Positions 27,261-36,323 of a stretch of 64,000 bases of DNA are shown here, piece after piece. A model generated the notes under the pieces. That model had not been told where the DNA came from, did not search any database, and was given only the letters and a program-made list of their open reading frames with translations. A program made the translations under genes and the position numbers. Numbering within the stretch: the first letter of the stretch is position 1; every line of letters begins with the position of its first letter. Origin of the DNA: an uncultured Pseudomonadota bacterium (GTDB lineage: Bacteria; Babelota; Babeliae; Babelales; RVW-14); contig CAZGPI010000005.1 in the NCBI GenBank assembly GCA_964527595.1, positions 1,116-65,115 on the forward strand, in the 5' to 3' direction.

Positions 27261-27506
27261 ATGGCAGTTAAGATTCGTCTTAGCAGATTAGGCACAAAAA
27301 ATCGTCCATATTGGCGGATTGTTGCGCTAGAAGAAAGTAGCAAACGCGACGGTGCGTTTTTGGAAGATCTTGGAACGTATGATTCAATTAAACACCAAGT
27401 TATTAGAATCAAAATCGACGCGATTCAAGCATTAGTAGCCAAAGGTGCTTTGTGCAGCCCAACAGTTGCCAGGATCCTCAAAACACAACGTGCTCAAGCT
27501 AAGTAA
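27261..27506 (+). CDS. rpsP: 30S ribosomal protein S16
   Basis: MAVKIRLSRLGTKNRPYWRIVA... Confidence 0.92.
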   Translation: MAVKIRLSRLGTKNRPYWRIVALEESSKRDGAFLEDLGTYDSIKHQVIRIKIDAIQALVAKGALCSPTVARILKTQRAQAK

Positions 27507-27595
27507 TAAATCCAATTGAATCTTCATATACAATTCCTGCTTATAGCAAGTGGATTCAATGAAGATTTAATTGATTAATATCACGCAGGAGAAAC

Positions 27596-27829
27596 ATGCT
27601 TAAGGAATTGGTAGAACAAATCGTCAAAAAACTTGTTGATCGACCAGAGAGCGTTGTTGTTACTGAAATTAATGGTGAGCAATCAACCATTATTGAGTTA
27701 CGCGTTGCGCCAGAAGATCTCGGCAAAGTTATTGGCAAAGAAGGTAGAACAGCTCGATCAATCAGAACATTGGTTCAAGCTGCAGCCTCCAAGGACCACA
27801 AGCGCGCTGTTCTTGAAATTTTAGAATAA
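27596..27829 (+). CDS. KH-domain RNA-binding protein (YlqC/UPF0109 family)
   Basis: LVDRPESV.V........[28 protein letters not shown], in the conserved position after rpsP. Confidence 0.85.
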   Translation: MLKELVEQIVKKLVDRPESVVVTEINGEQSTIIELRVAPEDLGKVIGKEGRTARSIRTLVQAAASKDHKRAVLEILE

Positions 27830-27865
27830 ATTTTGACTGCAAGCATAAGCAAAATAAGTACCAAA

Positions 27866-27890
27866 GGCCGGCATCGCCGGCCTTTTTTTT
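27866..27890 (+). terminator. rho-independent terminator between the KH gene and trmD
   Basis: GGCCGGC-ATC-GCCGGCC followed by T8. Confidence 0.75.
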
Positions 27891-27906
27891 ACCCACTAAA
27901 AGGCCT

Positions 27907-29277
27907 ATGAAAATTTCAATCATTACTGTATTCCCCGAACTTCATGAATTGTTTATCAAAACAAGCATCATTGGCCGCGCCGCAGAAAAAGGCTTGGTTG
28001 AGTTCAACATCGTTCGCTTTTCAGATATGTGTCCGCCCAAAGAACGGATTGACGAACCAACGGTCGGTCCAGGCGTTGGCATGATCATGAAGCCAACCGT
28101 TGTTCAACAAGCAATAACAATTTGCGAAGAAAAATGGGGACACGGATTTAAGGTCTTCTTCTCTCCTCAGGGTATAAAACTTAATCAACGCAATCTGGCC
28201 GTAATTGCCAAAAACATTCAACAAGAAGCAGAAAAAAGATGGATCCTGAATCAAGTTCAGGATGACAAAGTGGAATTATCCCGCTCACAATCACCCCATC
28301 TTATTCTCGTTTGCCCACGTTATGAAGGCGTTGACGCCCGAGTAGAAGAACATTACGCCGACCTAATTATCTCAATCGGCGACTATGTAATTATGGGCGG
28401 CGACCTTCCAGCTCAAGTCTTCTTAGAGGGCCTCTTGCGACTCGTTCCTGGAATTGTTGGCAAACAAGAATCTGTTGAACAAGACTCCTTTCAGTCACCA
28501 TTTTTTGACCACCCAGGATATGGATTACCCGTCACCTGGGAAGGCAAAACAATCCCAGATGTGCTCAGATCGGGCAACCATGCCGAAATTGAACGCTGGC
28601 GTAAAGAAGCGGCCGCAAAAAAAACCATCGAGCAACGATTTGACTGGTTTGCCAGCAGCCAACCAACTCAAGAAGATATAACACTCGCAAAAAAATTTAT
28701 CCCGCCACATTACGTTGCGCTCATGCATACCGATGTCAACCTTAAGGAAGGCCGCGTCGGAACAACCTCTATAGCATCGCTTGATATTCACGACACCGCA
28801 CGAGCCTGCGCAACCTACAATATCAAAAACTTTTTCATAGTCTGCCCATTAGTTGATCAACAAGGAATTGTTAAAACATTTTTAAACTTTTGGGGATCGG
28901 AACAAGGCGCCAAATACAATCAAACACGCCAACAAGCGGTAAGCCTGGTCAAACAACTTGCATCATTTGACGAACTAATTGCAGCCATTGAACGACAAGA
29001 AGGCGTCAAGCCAATAATTGTTACCACGTCGGCAAAAGATCACCCTTTTGGCAAAAAAATCGACTACCAAAGCCAAACTGAGGTATGGAGACACAATCGC
29101 CCGATTCTGTTTGTTTTTGGCACCGGACAAGGACTAAGTGACCACATTTTGGCAAAATCAGACTACCTCCTCGTTCCACTTCAAGGATTATCTAACTACA
29201 AACACCTATCGGTCAGATCTGCCGTATCCATAATTCTCGATCGATGGCTTGGATTACATCCAGAAATATGTGATTAA
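27907..29277 (+). CDS. trmD: tRNA (guanine37-N1)-methyltransferase TrmD fused to a second SPOUT-like RNA methyltransferase domain
   Basis: N-terminal ~255 aa: ITVFPE..SIIGRA..G.......DEPTVGPGVGMIMKP, PRYEGVDARV, ISIGDYV.MGGDLPA, LRSGNH..I..WR. C-terminal ~195 aa: YVALMHTDV..K.GRVGTTSIASLDIHDTARACATYNIKNFFIV.P ... YKHLSVRSAVSIILDRW. This resembles the Methyltrn_RNA_4 family as I recall it. Confidence 0.8.
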   Translation: MKISIITVFPELHELFIKTSIIGRAAEKGLVEFNIVRFSDMCPPKERIDEPTVGPGVGMIMKPTVVQQAITICEEKWGHGFKVFFSPQGIKLNQRNLAVIAKNIQQEAEKRWILNQVQDDKVELSRSQSPHLILVCPRYEGVDARVEEHYADLIISIGDYVIMGGDLPAQVFLEGLLRLVPGIVGKQESVEQDSFQSPFFDHPGYGLPVTWEGKTIPDVLRSGNHAEIERWRKEAAAKKTIEQRFDWFASSQPTQEDITLAKKFIPPHYVALMHTDVNLKEGRVGTTSIASLDIHDTARACATYNIKNFFIVCPLVDQQGIVKTFLNFWGSEQGAKYNQTRQQAVSLVKQLASFDELIAAIERQEGVKPIIVTTSAKDHPFGKKIDYQSQTEVWRHNRPILFVFGTGQGLSDHILAKSDYLLVPLQGLSNYKHLSVRSAVSIILDRWLGLHPEICD

Positions 29278-29386
29278 TAAAGAAGATTTCACCCTTTCTT
29301 TCATTTTCTCGTTTTTACGAATTTGAACATGATAATTTCTTTAGGCTAAGAAAAGAATCTTACAATGTTTAATTTAAGGGTGATTC

Positions 29387-30340
29387 ATGGAAAAGAAGTT
29401 ATATCGCATATTTATGTCATTTGGCTTTACTATTTTCTTCGTCTTAAAAATTTGCGCTTGTAGTAATTTTGGATACATTTCTTACGCTACACTTAATATC
29501 GGGGATGATATCCAAGCAATCGCCGCAAAAAACTTTTTGCCTGAAGACAGTCTGGGTATTGATCGCGAATTCATAGCAGAATTTAAGAGCAACTCAGTCA
29601 TTAGCACCATAGTAAACGGTTGGTACATGCATACAAAAAATGGTCTTTGGTATCGGCCAGATGTTTCGGCACCAGAAAAAAGCTGGCCACCATCACCATC
29701 GCTAGATCCCCTTCTTATATCAATTCACTTTACAAAACAATTCGCCCCACTCGCTTTATCCGATGAAGGAATCGCTTACTTAAAATATCATGGACCCGTT
29801 GGAGCTAGAGATTATTATACACTTGGTGAGTTACAGAAAAAAAACATTCCTAGCTACTTTTCAGGATGCTTAACCCTAACGCTAAAAAACTCCAATAAAA
29901 AACGTGATGTTATCATATATGCCGTTGATATAGACCGCGAATGCGTAGAATTCATTAAATCAAAAACAAAATGTAAAGTTGAAACGTTAACACACAACAT
30001 TCGTGGAGCCATGCAGCTTAACCAAAAGCTAAGAATGCAATATGCAGAAAGTATTCTAGAAAAATATAGAACGGCAAAATGCGTAATTACATCGCGGCTT
30101 CACGCCGCCCTACCATGCATTGCTTTCGAAACGCCTGTTTTACTCATCGAAACAAAAAACGAACCATCCCGATTTAATGGATTGGGAGAACTTATGAAAA
30201 GTTGCACCAAAGCTCAGTTCCTCAATAACAATGTCGATTTTGATTTTGATAAACCACCAAAAAATTCTAATTCATACCTTCCTATACGAGAAAATTTAAT
30301 AAAAATTGTAACCGATTGGGTTACAAGAAAATCAAAATAG
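29387..30340 (+). CDS. polysaccharide pyruvyl transferase family protein (exported or anchored)
   Basis: Hydrophobic N-terminus. LNIGDDIQAIAA near the N-terminus and ITSRLHAALPCIAFETPVLLI near the C-terminus fit the PS_pyruv_trans pattern. Confidence 0.55.
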   Translation: MEKKLYRIFMSFGFTIFFVLKICACSNFGYISYATLNIGDDIQAIAAKNFLPEDSLGIDREFIAEFKSNSVISTIVNGWYMHTKNGLWYRPDVSAPEKSWPPSPSLDPLLISIHFTKQFAPLALSDEGIAYLKYHGPVGARDYYTLGELQKKNIPSYFSGCLTLTLKNSNKKRDVIIYAVDIDRECVEFIKSKTKCKVETLTHNIRGAMQLNQKLRMQYAESILEKYRTAKCVITSRLHAALPCIAFETPVLLIETKNEPSRFNGLGELMKSCTKAQFLNNNVDFDFDKPPKNSNSYLPIRENLIKIVTDWVTRKSK

Positions 30341-30350
30341 CCAGACCAAG

Positions 30351-31373
30351 TTGATTGAAAATTTTATGGACATTAAACGTATTTTAACCTGTTGTTTCTG
30401 CGCTATTATTTCCATTGCCAATTGCGACGAATCAATTGGCGATCAAGCTTTTCCATTTTTTACTCATAATTTATGGCAAAAAAATCTTTGGAATAAAGAT
30501 TTGCAATGTTATTTACATTATGCACCAAGCAATGAAGAGCTCCGAGAAAAGCAATGCGGCTCGTTATTAAATGTTATCAGCGTAAGTCTCTTTAGGCCAC
30601 CTATAAAATTGAGGAATAAAACCTCTAACAAATATGCACATGATAATCAACGAGCCAACGTTTATGTAACCGGCCTTAATAGCTTAATAAAAAGCTTCCA
30701 TGCGTTTTTTCCCACTTGGATATTGCGAATCTACTACGACGCATCTCTTTTCGTCCCAAACGAAAGCGAAACCGAAAGCTTCAAAGCACTATTCGAATTA
30801 CATAGAGCTGACAAGCAACTGCAATTTGTTCAATATTATTTTCCCATATTTGCAGAACAAAACGATTGCTATCATCATCAATGCGTATTTGGAATGCTCC
30901 CGCGATTCCTCGCTATCATTGACCCCTCTGTTTCTCTTGCATATATAAGGGATGTTGATTCTGAATTGAAGCAACAGGATAAAGACGTCGTTGACCAGTG
31001 GCTTACCACAACGCAAAAAGATTTTCTATTTTACTGCAGTAATAATTACAAATATGACCCATTAAAACCAAACTTCATGTCGCGTTTAGCATGGATCCCT
31101 GCCGATAAGTTTTGCGCGCTTGGTGGGCTGTGGGCTGCTAAACACCAAAGCATACAAATTTTGCAAGAAATGCTATCGGTTCTTATTGCAGCTATTGATG
31201 ATCCTCATGCGTTGTTAAGAAAAGGCATTTACGGATCAAACGTATGCGGACGAGGGTTTGATGAATTTCTTTTGGACTTTTGCATTATTTTAAAAAAGGA
31301 AAAAGAAATAGCCATTTATGACCGGCTAACCAAAGAAGTAAGAAACTGGATCCAATACCCAAAGATAAATTAA
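30351..31373 (+). CDS. hypothetical exported protein, possibly a DxD-type glycosyltransferase
   Basis: Signal-like N-terminus (ILTCCFCAIISIANC). ILRIYYDASLF and YIRDVDSEL could form a GT-A/DxD motif. The start is TTG 30351 or ATG 30366. Confidence 0.3.
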   Translation: MIENFMDIKRILTCCFCAIISIANCDESIGDQAFPFFTHNLWQKNLWNKDLQCYLHYAPSNEELREKQCGSLLNVISVSLFRPPIKLRNKTSNKYAHDNQRANVYVTGLNSLIKSFHAFFPTWILRIYYDASLFVPNESETESFKALFELHRADKQLQFVQYYFPIFAEQNDCYHHQCVFGMLPRFLAIIDPSVSLAYIRDVDSELKQQDKDVVDQWLTTTQKDFLFYCSNNYKYDPLKPNFMSRLAWIPADKFCALGGLWAAKHQSIQILQEMLSVLIAAIDDPHALLRKGIYGSNVCGRGFDEFLLDFCIILKKEKEIAIYDRLTKEVRNWIQYPKIN

Positions 31374-32230
31374 TCGGTTGTGTTAACCTCTATCGACTTC
31401 GTTGTCGCCTCTTCTTTAAACAGTTTTTGCTTCGACATATGCTCAATTTCACCTTCAATAAAATCTTTTGATAGCACCAATGCGGAGATCGTATGCTGTA
31501 TTGAAGCATGTCGCCGAATCGTTATCGAAGCAAATTTTTCTTTAAAAGCATCAAGTAAAACATTTGCCGCCGGAACATCCTTTGGACAATAACTGTAAAT
31601 AAGCGCAATATTCGGAACTTTTTCAAACCCGGCAACAACCTCATTCAAATCACGCCAACGACTTCCTGCTCGAGATATCCCATAAAATTTACTTGCTGAC
31701 GCTTTATCAACTTGTGGATTAATGGCTATAACCCCGCCCAACCCCAAAAGAGTTGCATAAAAAATAGCGGCATATCCCCCCATAGAACTTCCAAGCGTAA
31801 AAACACTTGCCGGTTCAATGCCACATAATTTTATATGGTAATTAATAATTTCGCTAAAATGCGGAATATAATCGGCAGCGTCGTTTCCCAAATACCATGT
31901 TAGATCATCATCGCGAAGAAAAAGATATGCCGTATCACTCCATTTTTCATCATCACACCAAAACCATGAAAATAAGGAATACTTTCCTTTGGTTGCGCCA
32001 TTAAAAACAATAATCAGCCGCTTTGGCTTTTCTGCTGGATAAAACAGAAAAGGCTTTTCAAACATCGTTTTTTCATATTTTTGTATTATGTAGGAACATT
32101 TCTCGGCAAATGTTTTATGGTAAATCTTGGGTAATTCTATGCCTTTTGCCAAAAAGCTTAACCCCGCTAAAAAGATCGCCAGAAAACAATGCTTCTTCTT
32201 AAAAACACCGGAAAACAGCAACGTCACCAT
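31370..32230 (-). CDS. alpha/beta hydrolase (esterase) with a signal-like N-terminus
   Basis: Nucleophile elbow LGSSMGGYAAIFYA. The N-terminus HCFLAIFLAGLSFLA is hydrophobic. Confidence 0.55.
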   Translation of the reverse strand: MVTLLFSGVFKKKHCFLAIFLAGLSFLAKGIELPKIYHKTFAEKCSYIIQKYEKTMFEKPFLFYPAEKPKRLIIVFNGATKGKYSLFSWFWCDDEKWSDTAYLFLRDDDLTWYLGNDAADYIPHFSEIINYHIKLCGIEPASVFTLGSSMGGYAAIFYATLLGLGGVIAINPQVDKASASKFYGISRAGSRWRDLNEVVAGFEKVPNIALIYSYCPKDVPAANVLLDAFKEKFASITIRRHASIQHTISALVLSKDFIEGEIEHMSKQKLFKEEATTKSIEVNTTD

Positions 32231-32377
32231 AAAAAGCTCCTTCAGGAAATCAAATCACATCTTCATAGTTTTTTAGTTTATGAGCTGCCAAAAAGCATTG
32301 TCAAGCCTTTTAAAAGCTATACAACAGAAAAAGGCTCAATACACATTGTCAATAAAAACATTTCGTAAGCATTTTTA

Positions 32378-32406
32378 TTGATCACACCAATAAATTTGGC
32401 TATAAT
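32378..32406 (+). promoter_or_regulatory. sigma70-like promoter upstream of rplS
   Basis: TTGATC, 17 nt spacer, TATAAT, located 83 nt upstream of the rplS ATG. Confidence 0.55.
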
Positions 32407-32488
32407 TAGGGTACTTTTTTGTATTTTCACAAATAAATTTTAGTGATTTAAGAAAACTACTTACTAAGCGCGAGAGCCAAGGAATATC

Positions 32489-32902
32489 ATGAAAGCTGCA
32501 AAATTAACAAAAGAAACGATTCTTGATTACGGAATTATCGAACGTAATTTTCCAGAATTTAAAGTTGGTGACACAATTGAAGTTTCCCAGCTCATCAAAG
32601 AAGGCGAAAAAGAACGTATTCAGCTCTTTGAAGGTGACGTCATTGCACAACATAAAAATGGTGTTGCATCAACCTTTACCGTACGCAGAATTGGTGCTAA
32701 CAGCATAGGCGTTGAAAGAATTTTTCCTTATTACGCCAAAACAGTTGATAGCATTCGTGTAGTTAGACACGGCCTCGTACGTCGAGCAAAACTTAACTAT
32801 CTTCGTAAACTTGTTGGTAAAGCTGCCCGTATTAAAGAAAATCTTTTCTTTAAGGGTGGTCGAGGCGCCGCGAAAAAAGCTGCTGCTGCCAAAGCCAGCT
32901 AA
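32489..32902 (+). CDS. rplS: 50S ribosomal protein L19
   Basis: [12 protein letters not shown]...[17 protein letters not shown]......[15 protein letters not shown]......[14 protein letters not shown]. Confidence 0.92.
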   Translation: MKAAKLTKETILDYGIIERNFPEFKVGDTIEVSQLIKEGEKERIQLFEGDVIAQHKNGVASTFTVRRIGANSIGVERIFPYYAKTVDSIRVVRHGLVRRAKLNYLRKLVGKAARIKENLFFKGGRGAAKKAAAAKAS

Positions 32903-32915
32903 GCGGTCCTTTTAA

Positions 32916-33389
32916 ATGTTTATAGCAAAGAGAAAAATGCTTACTAATGCAATCGCCAAGAATTTCATCATGATAAAAAGCGTTGTTGTATTTTTCTCTT
33001 TGCTTTTTTTATGCTCATGCTCTCCAAAAAGAGCTGTTCCTCAAAAATCACCGAATACTATCAATACGCTCATCCCCCTTGGATTCAATTGCACACAAAA
33101 ACGCTTAAGCTCAACAAACATACTCTTAATGCGTTACGAAGGAACACAATCAATCGCACGCACAACGTCATTTTATCGACGAGAACTCGAAGCTGCCGGC
33201 TGGGATTTATCAGACTTCTCAAATGATCAAGAAGGGCTGTTTTTTTGCCGCAAAGGCAATCAGGAATGCGCCATTACCGTATACACCAAAGGCAAAACTA
33301 TCGTAACGTTTTTATTCAGAAGCAAAACATTGGCACCAAGCCGAGAAGTTTCAGATATTTCTCAAATTAACAAACCACTGAGTGTTTAA
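32916..33389 (+). CDS. putative lipoprotein
   Basis: VVVFFSLLFLCSC is a lipobox-like L-C-S-C. No recognisable domain. Confidence 0.4.
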   Translation: MFIAKRKMLTNAIAKNFIMIKSVVVFFSLLFLCSCSPKRAVPQKSPNTINTLIPLGFNCTQKRLSSTNILLMRYEGTQSIARTTSFYRRELEAAGWDLSDFSNDQEGLFFCRKGNQECAITVYTKGKTIVTFLFRSKTLAPSREVSDISQINKPLSV

Positions 33390-33554
33390 TCTTATGATCG
33401 GCCTAATAATCAAAACCATCGTCTTTTTTGTTGCCATTTTGGCTATCAGTTTGCTCATGTTTTCGGCGCTCATTATGCTCGTCGGTAGATTTTTCAATAT
33501 AAAAATCATGCATGATAGCGTACTTGCAAACCTTATCAATTGGTTGCGCCGCCG

Positions 33555-33791
33555 CTAACGCCTTTTATGGCGCCAAAAATGCACAATGCGCATCGCCAAT
33601 CGCTTGCACCGTTTTATGGCAGGCTTTCCACCCCAAAGAGCAATGCCAGCCAATATCATGGCTATGCCCTGAAAAAACGGCAAAAACAAACCAATGATGC
33701 CCATTATGATCAAAAGGACACCAAGAACCTTTTTACCATAATAAACAACTCTATATAAAAAATCATTTTTGATTTTGAACAACAAGACCAT
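33555..33791 (-). CDS. small membrane protein (PGPGW/YbaN-like two-helix hairpin)
   Basis: KKVLGVLLIIMGIIGLFLPFFQGIAMILAGIALWGGKPAIKRCKRL followed by a basic tail. The start is uncertain: it either overlaps the PIG-L gene end or is an internal ATG. Confidence 0.35.
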   Translation of the reverse strand: MVLLFKIKNDFLYRVVYYGKKVLGVLLIIMGIIGLFLPFFQGIAMILAGIALWGGKPAIKRCKRLAMRIVHFWRHKRR

Positions 33792-34518
33792 CCTCGCTAA
33801 TTTTAAAAACCTGAAAACATTCGCAATATTTACCATTCTTACTCATCGCGCCACGATAACGATTAAGCCCTTCAATTGCATCATCGTATTTAGTGTCAAC
33901 TAATTGTGAAGCGTGCTGCCGCAATGCCTGCAACTTTAATTCCATGAATTTCGATATATTTTCATAATACAAAAAACCCTGTAAAGGCGTCCAAACCTCG
34001 TAACAAAGAATTTTATCCACCTTCCAAGACATTCCTTGATATTCCTTTTCGATTCCTCGGAATGCCAATCCAAGAGCATCCATAACAAGTTTGTTTGTTG
34101 CTATATGATCCCTATGAGCATCGCCACAATGCGGAAGATACACAATTCCGGGTTGCTCTTGCCGAATAATATTAACGATTTGAACAATGTTTTTTTGATT
34201 GTATCGTAACGCCGAATCAGCATTCCTCAAAAACCGCAATTTACTTACCCCTAGTATACGTTCAGCTTTTTCTGCTTCATGCTCGCGCTTTACACGTCCT
34301 GAAATCATATAAACAATAGAAATGTCATAACCATTTTTCTTGAGCTTGGCAATACTTCCACCGCACCCAATAATGTCATCATCAGGATGTGGCGAAAAGA
34401 CAAGTACCTTTCTTGATTGTAGTGCAGCATTTTGCTTGGCATTATCAAGCGCACAAATACTTGTGCTTATAGCAAACACCAACATAAGAACAAAATAAGA
34501 AAGAATAATTTTCTTCAC
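33763..34518 (-). CDS. PIG-L/LmbE family deacetylase with a signal peptide
   Basis: VLVFSPHPDDDIIGCGGSIAKL and HRDH motifs. The N-terminus MKKIILSYFVLMLVFAISTSICA is signal-like. Confidence 0.75.
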   Translation of the reverse strand: MKKIILSYFVLMLVFAISTSICALDNAKQNAALQSRKVLVFSPHPDDDIIGCGGSIAKLKKNGYDISIVYMISGRVKREHEAEKAERILGVSKLRFLRNADSALRYNQKNIVQIVNIIRQEQPGIVYLPHCGDAHRDHIATNKLVMDALGLAFRGIEKEYQGMSWKVDKILCYEVWTPLQGFLYYENISKFMELKLQALRQHASQLVDTKYDDAIEGLNRYRGAMSKNGKYCECFQVFKISEDGLVVQNQK

Positions 34519-34651
34519 GCTCGCTCCAGGTTCGCTTTATCTTCACCACTAATCCCTTGTAACCAATAGTATTGTTTACAAAAATTAAAGCACTTTGCAA
34601 GCAATAATAAATTCCCCGGAAACCCTTACATTTAAAGCCGTAGAAAAGGAG

Positions 34652-34680
34652 TTGCGCATTTTCTATTTTTCTGGTAAAAA
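34652..34680 (+). promoter_or_regulatory. candidate promoter for tRNA-Gln
   Basis: TTGCGC, 17 nt spacer, TAAAAA, about 22 nt upstream of the tRNA 5' end. Confidence 0.35.
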
Positions 34681-34702
34681 TACAGTTGTCTTTGATTAAT
34701 GC

Positions 34703-34776
34703 TGGGATGTCGTCTAGTGGTAGGACCCTGGACTCTGAATCCGGTTACAGAGGTTCGAATCCTCTCGTCCCAGCCA
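34703..34776 (+). tRNA. tRNA-Gln (CTG)
   Basis: TGGGATG..GTCTAGTGGTAGGAC..CTGGA-CTCTGAA-TCCGG..GGTTCGAATCC..CGTCCCA-G-CCA, with the U1-A72 pair and G73 typical of tRNA-Gln. Confidence 0.85.
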
Positions 34777-34824
34777 TATTTCACTAAAATTCTAGCCGAT
34801 AAGACGGCCGATTGAGGAATAAAT

Positions 34825-35745
34825 ATGAATTATTCTATTAAACGATGCTGTTTATTACTCAGCCTTTCCTTCATTTATTGTGTTCAAATTTATGGTCAAA
34901 TGGTATCGCCAACAATTAAAATCTCTGCTGGAAAAGGTATTTGTAGTAATGGTCTTTATTCTGCAACAAAAAAAATAACCCTAATCTCTGGTGACGATTT
35001 CTCAGGTTCTGGCAATATAGAATCCCCTGAAATTGAAATTTCAACTAAAACATTCACCTTTACCGGAACCATAAAATGCGACGGTAACTGTACAATCAAA
35101 TCAGAATTTCCGTTTAACCACGCAATCTTTACCCAAAAAGGAAAAGGGTTATTTACCTTTAAAGTCGAACCATTGGCGATAGAACCAAAAGAACAATCAA
35201 TTGCTCAAAAAGCAACCCCTATAGATCAAAAAAATGAAAATTATTATCTTGAGCAAGCATGCAAATATCGTGATGGTAAAGGGGTTGAAAAAGATCCAAT
35301 AAAAGCAGTTGAATATTTTGCCTTAGCTGCAGAAAAAGGTTGTAATCTTGCCCTTGTCCAGATGGGATTGTATTACATTGATGGCACGGGTGTTGAAAAA
35401 GACCCTAAAAAAGGGATCGCCCTGCTAACACGAGCAGCAGAAAAAGAATACCCCTCTGCACTTTATTACCTTGGCCTTTATTACATAAAAGGAATAGGGG
35501 TTGAAAAAGATGAAAAAAAAGCATTCGAATTTTTCTTAAAGGGCGCCCAAGCAGGAGAAATCGATGCTATCATAGCCGTTGCTCAATGTTACTGTTATGG
35601 TATTGGAACAGAACAAAACACAACACTTGCTGAAACATGGAATAATAACCAAAAAATACAGATGCTAAATCTGACACAAGACCAATCAAAACGACGAACT
35701 AAGACCATGATCGATATCATGACTTCTGCAATACTTCGACATTGA
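34825..35745 (+). CDS. Sel1-repeat (SLR/TPR-like) protein with a signal peptide
   Basis: At least four consecutive repeats of the form A..YY..G.GVEKD..KA.....AAE.G...A. Confidence 0.85.
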   Translation: MNYSIKRCCLLLSLSFIYCVQIYGQMVSPTIKISAGKGICSNGLYSATKKITLISGDDFSGSGNIESPEIEISTKTFTFTGTIKCDGNCTIKSEFPFNHAIFTQKGKGLFTFKVEPLAIEPKEQSIAQKATPIDQKNENYYLEQACKYRDGKGVEKDPIKAVEYFALAAEKGCNLALVQMGLYYIDGTGVEKDPKKGIALLTRAAEKEYPSALYYLGLYYIKGIGVEKDEKKAFEFFLKGAQAGEIDAIIAVAQCYCYGIGTEQNTTLAETWNNNQKIQMLNLTQDQSKRRTKTMIDIMTSAILRH

Positions 35746-36323
35746 TACCCAGCAAATCAAAAATGATAAAATTTGTCATCATTCACGGAAATGGCGGAAG
35801 TACAAAAAATAATTGCTGGATCCCTTGGCTTAAGATTGAATTAGAAAAAAAAGGCTTCTCGGTTAACACACCAACCATGCCCGATAATTTTTATGCGAGA
35901 TCATCTATTTGGTTGCCATATATGAAAAACGAACTTAAATGTGACGAGAAAACAATTGTCATTGGACATTCATCTGGTGCTGTTGCCGCAATGCGATATG
36001 CTGAGAATCAGAAACTCCTGGGATGCATGCTTATTGGCGCATCATACACAGACCTAGGATATGAAGACGAACGGATCTCTGGATATTTTTCCACCCCATG
36101 GCTCTGGGATAAAATCAAAACAAATCAGCAATGGATTATTCAGCTAGCATCAACCGATGACCCTTGCATACCAATCACCGAAGCACAGCATATCCACAAA
36201 AATCTTGATACCGATTACTATGAATTTTCTCACCATGGCCATTTTTTGGATAACACACTCCCTGAAGCTTTTTCTATATTGTTCAATAAAATTAAATTGT
36301 TAAAAAACCAAAATTTCAATTGA
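35742..36323 (+). CDS. RBBP9/YdeN-family serine hydrolase (strongly eukaryotic RBBP9-like)
   Basis: [12 protein letters not shown].ELEK.....MPD...[37 protein letters not shown]...SGYF..PW.W.KIK......Q..STDDP......GHF is collinear with human RBBP9 as I recall it. The start is TTG 35742 (overlapping the Sel1 stop) or ATG 35763. Confidence 0.75.
   Translation: [193 protein letters not shown]

Noticed and set aside
33394-33558. 54-aa plus-strand ORF (MIGLIIKTIVFFVAILAISLLMFSALIMLVGRFF...), a possible small membrane protein. ORF 33351..33539 lies antisense to it on the minus strand.
   Set aside because: There is no Shine-Dalgarno and no homology clue, and I cannot tell which strand, if either, is coding. 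I therefore did not list it as a feature.
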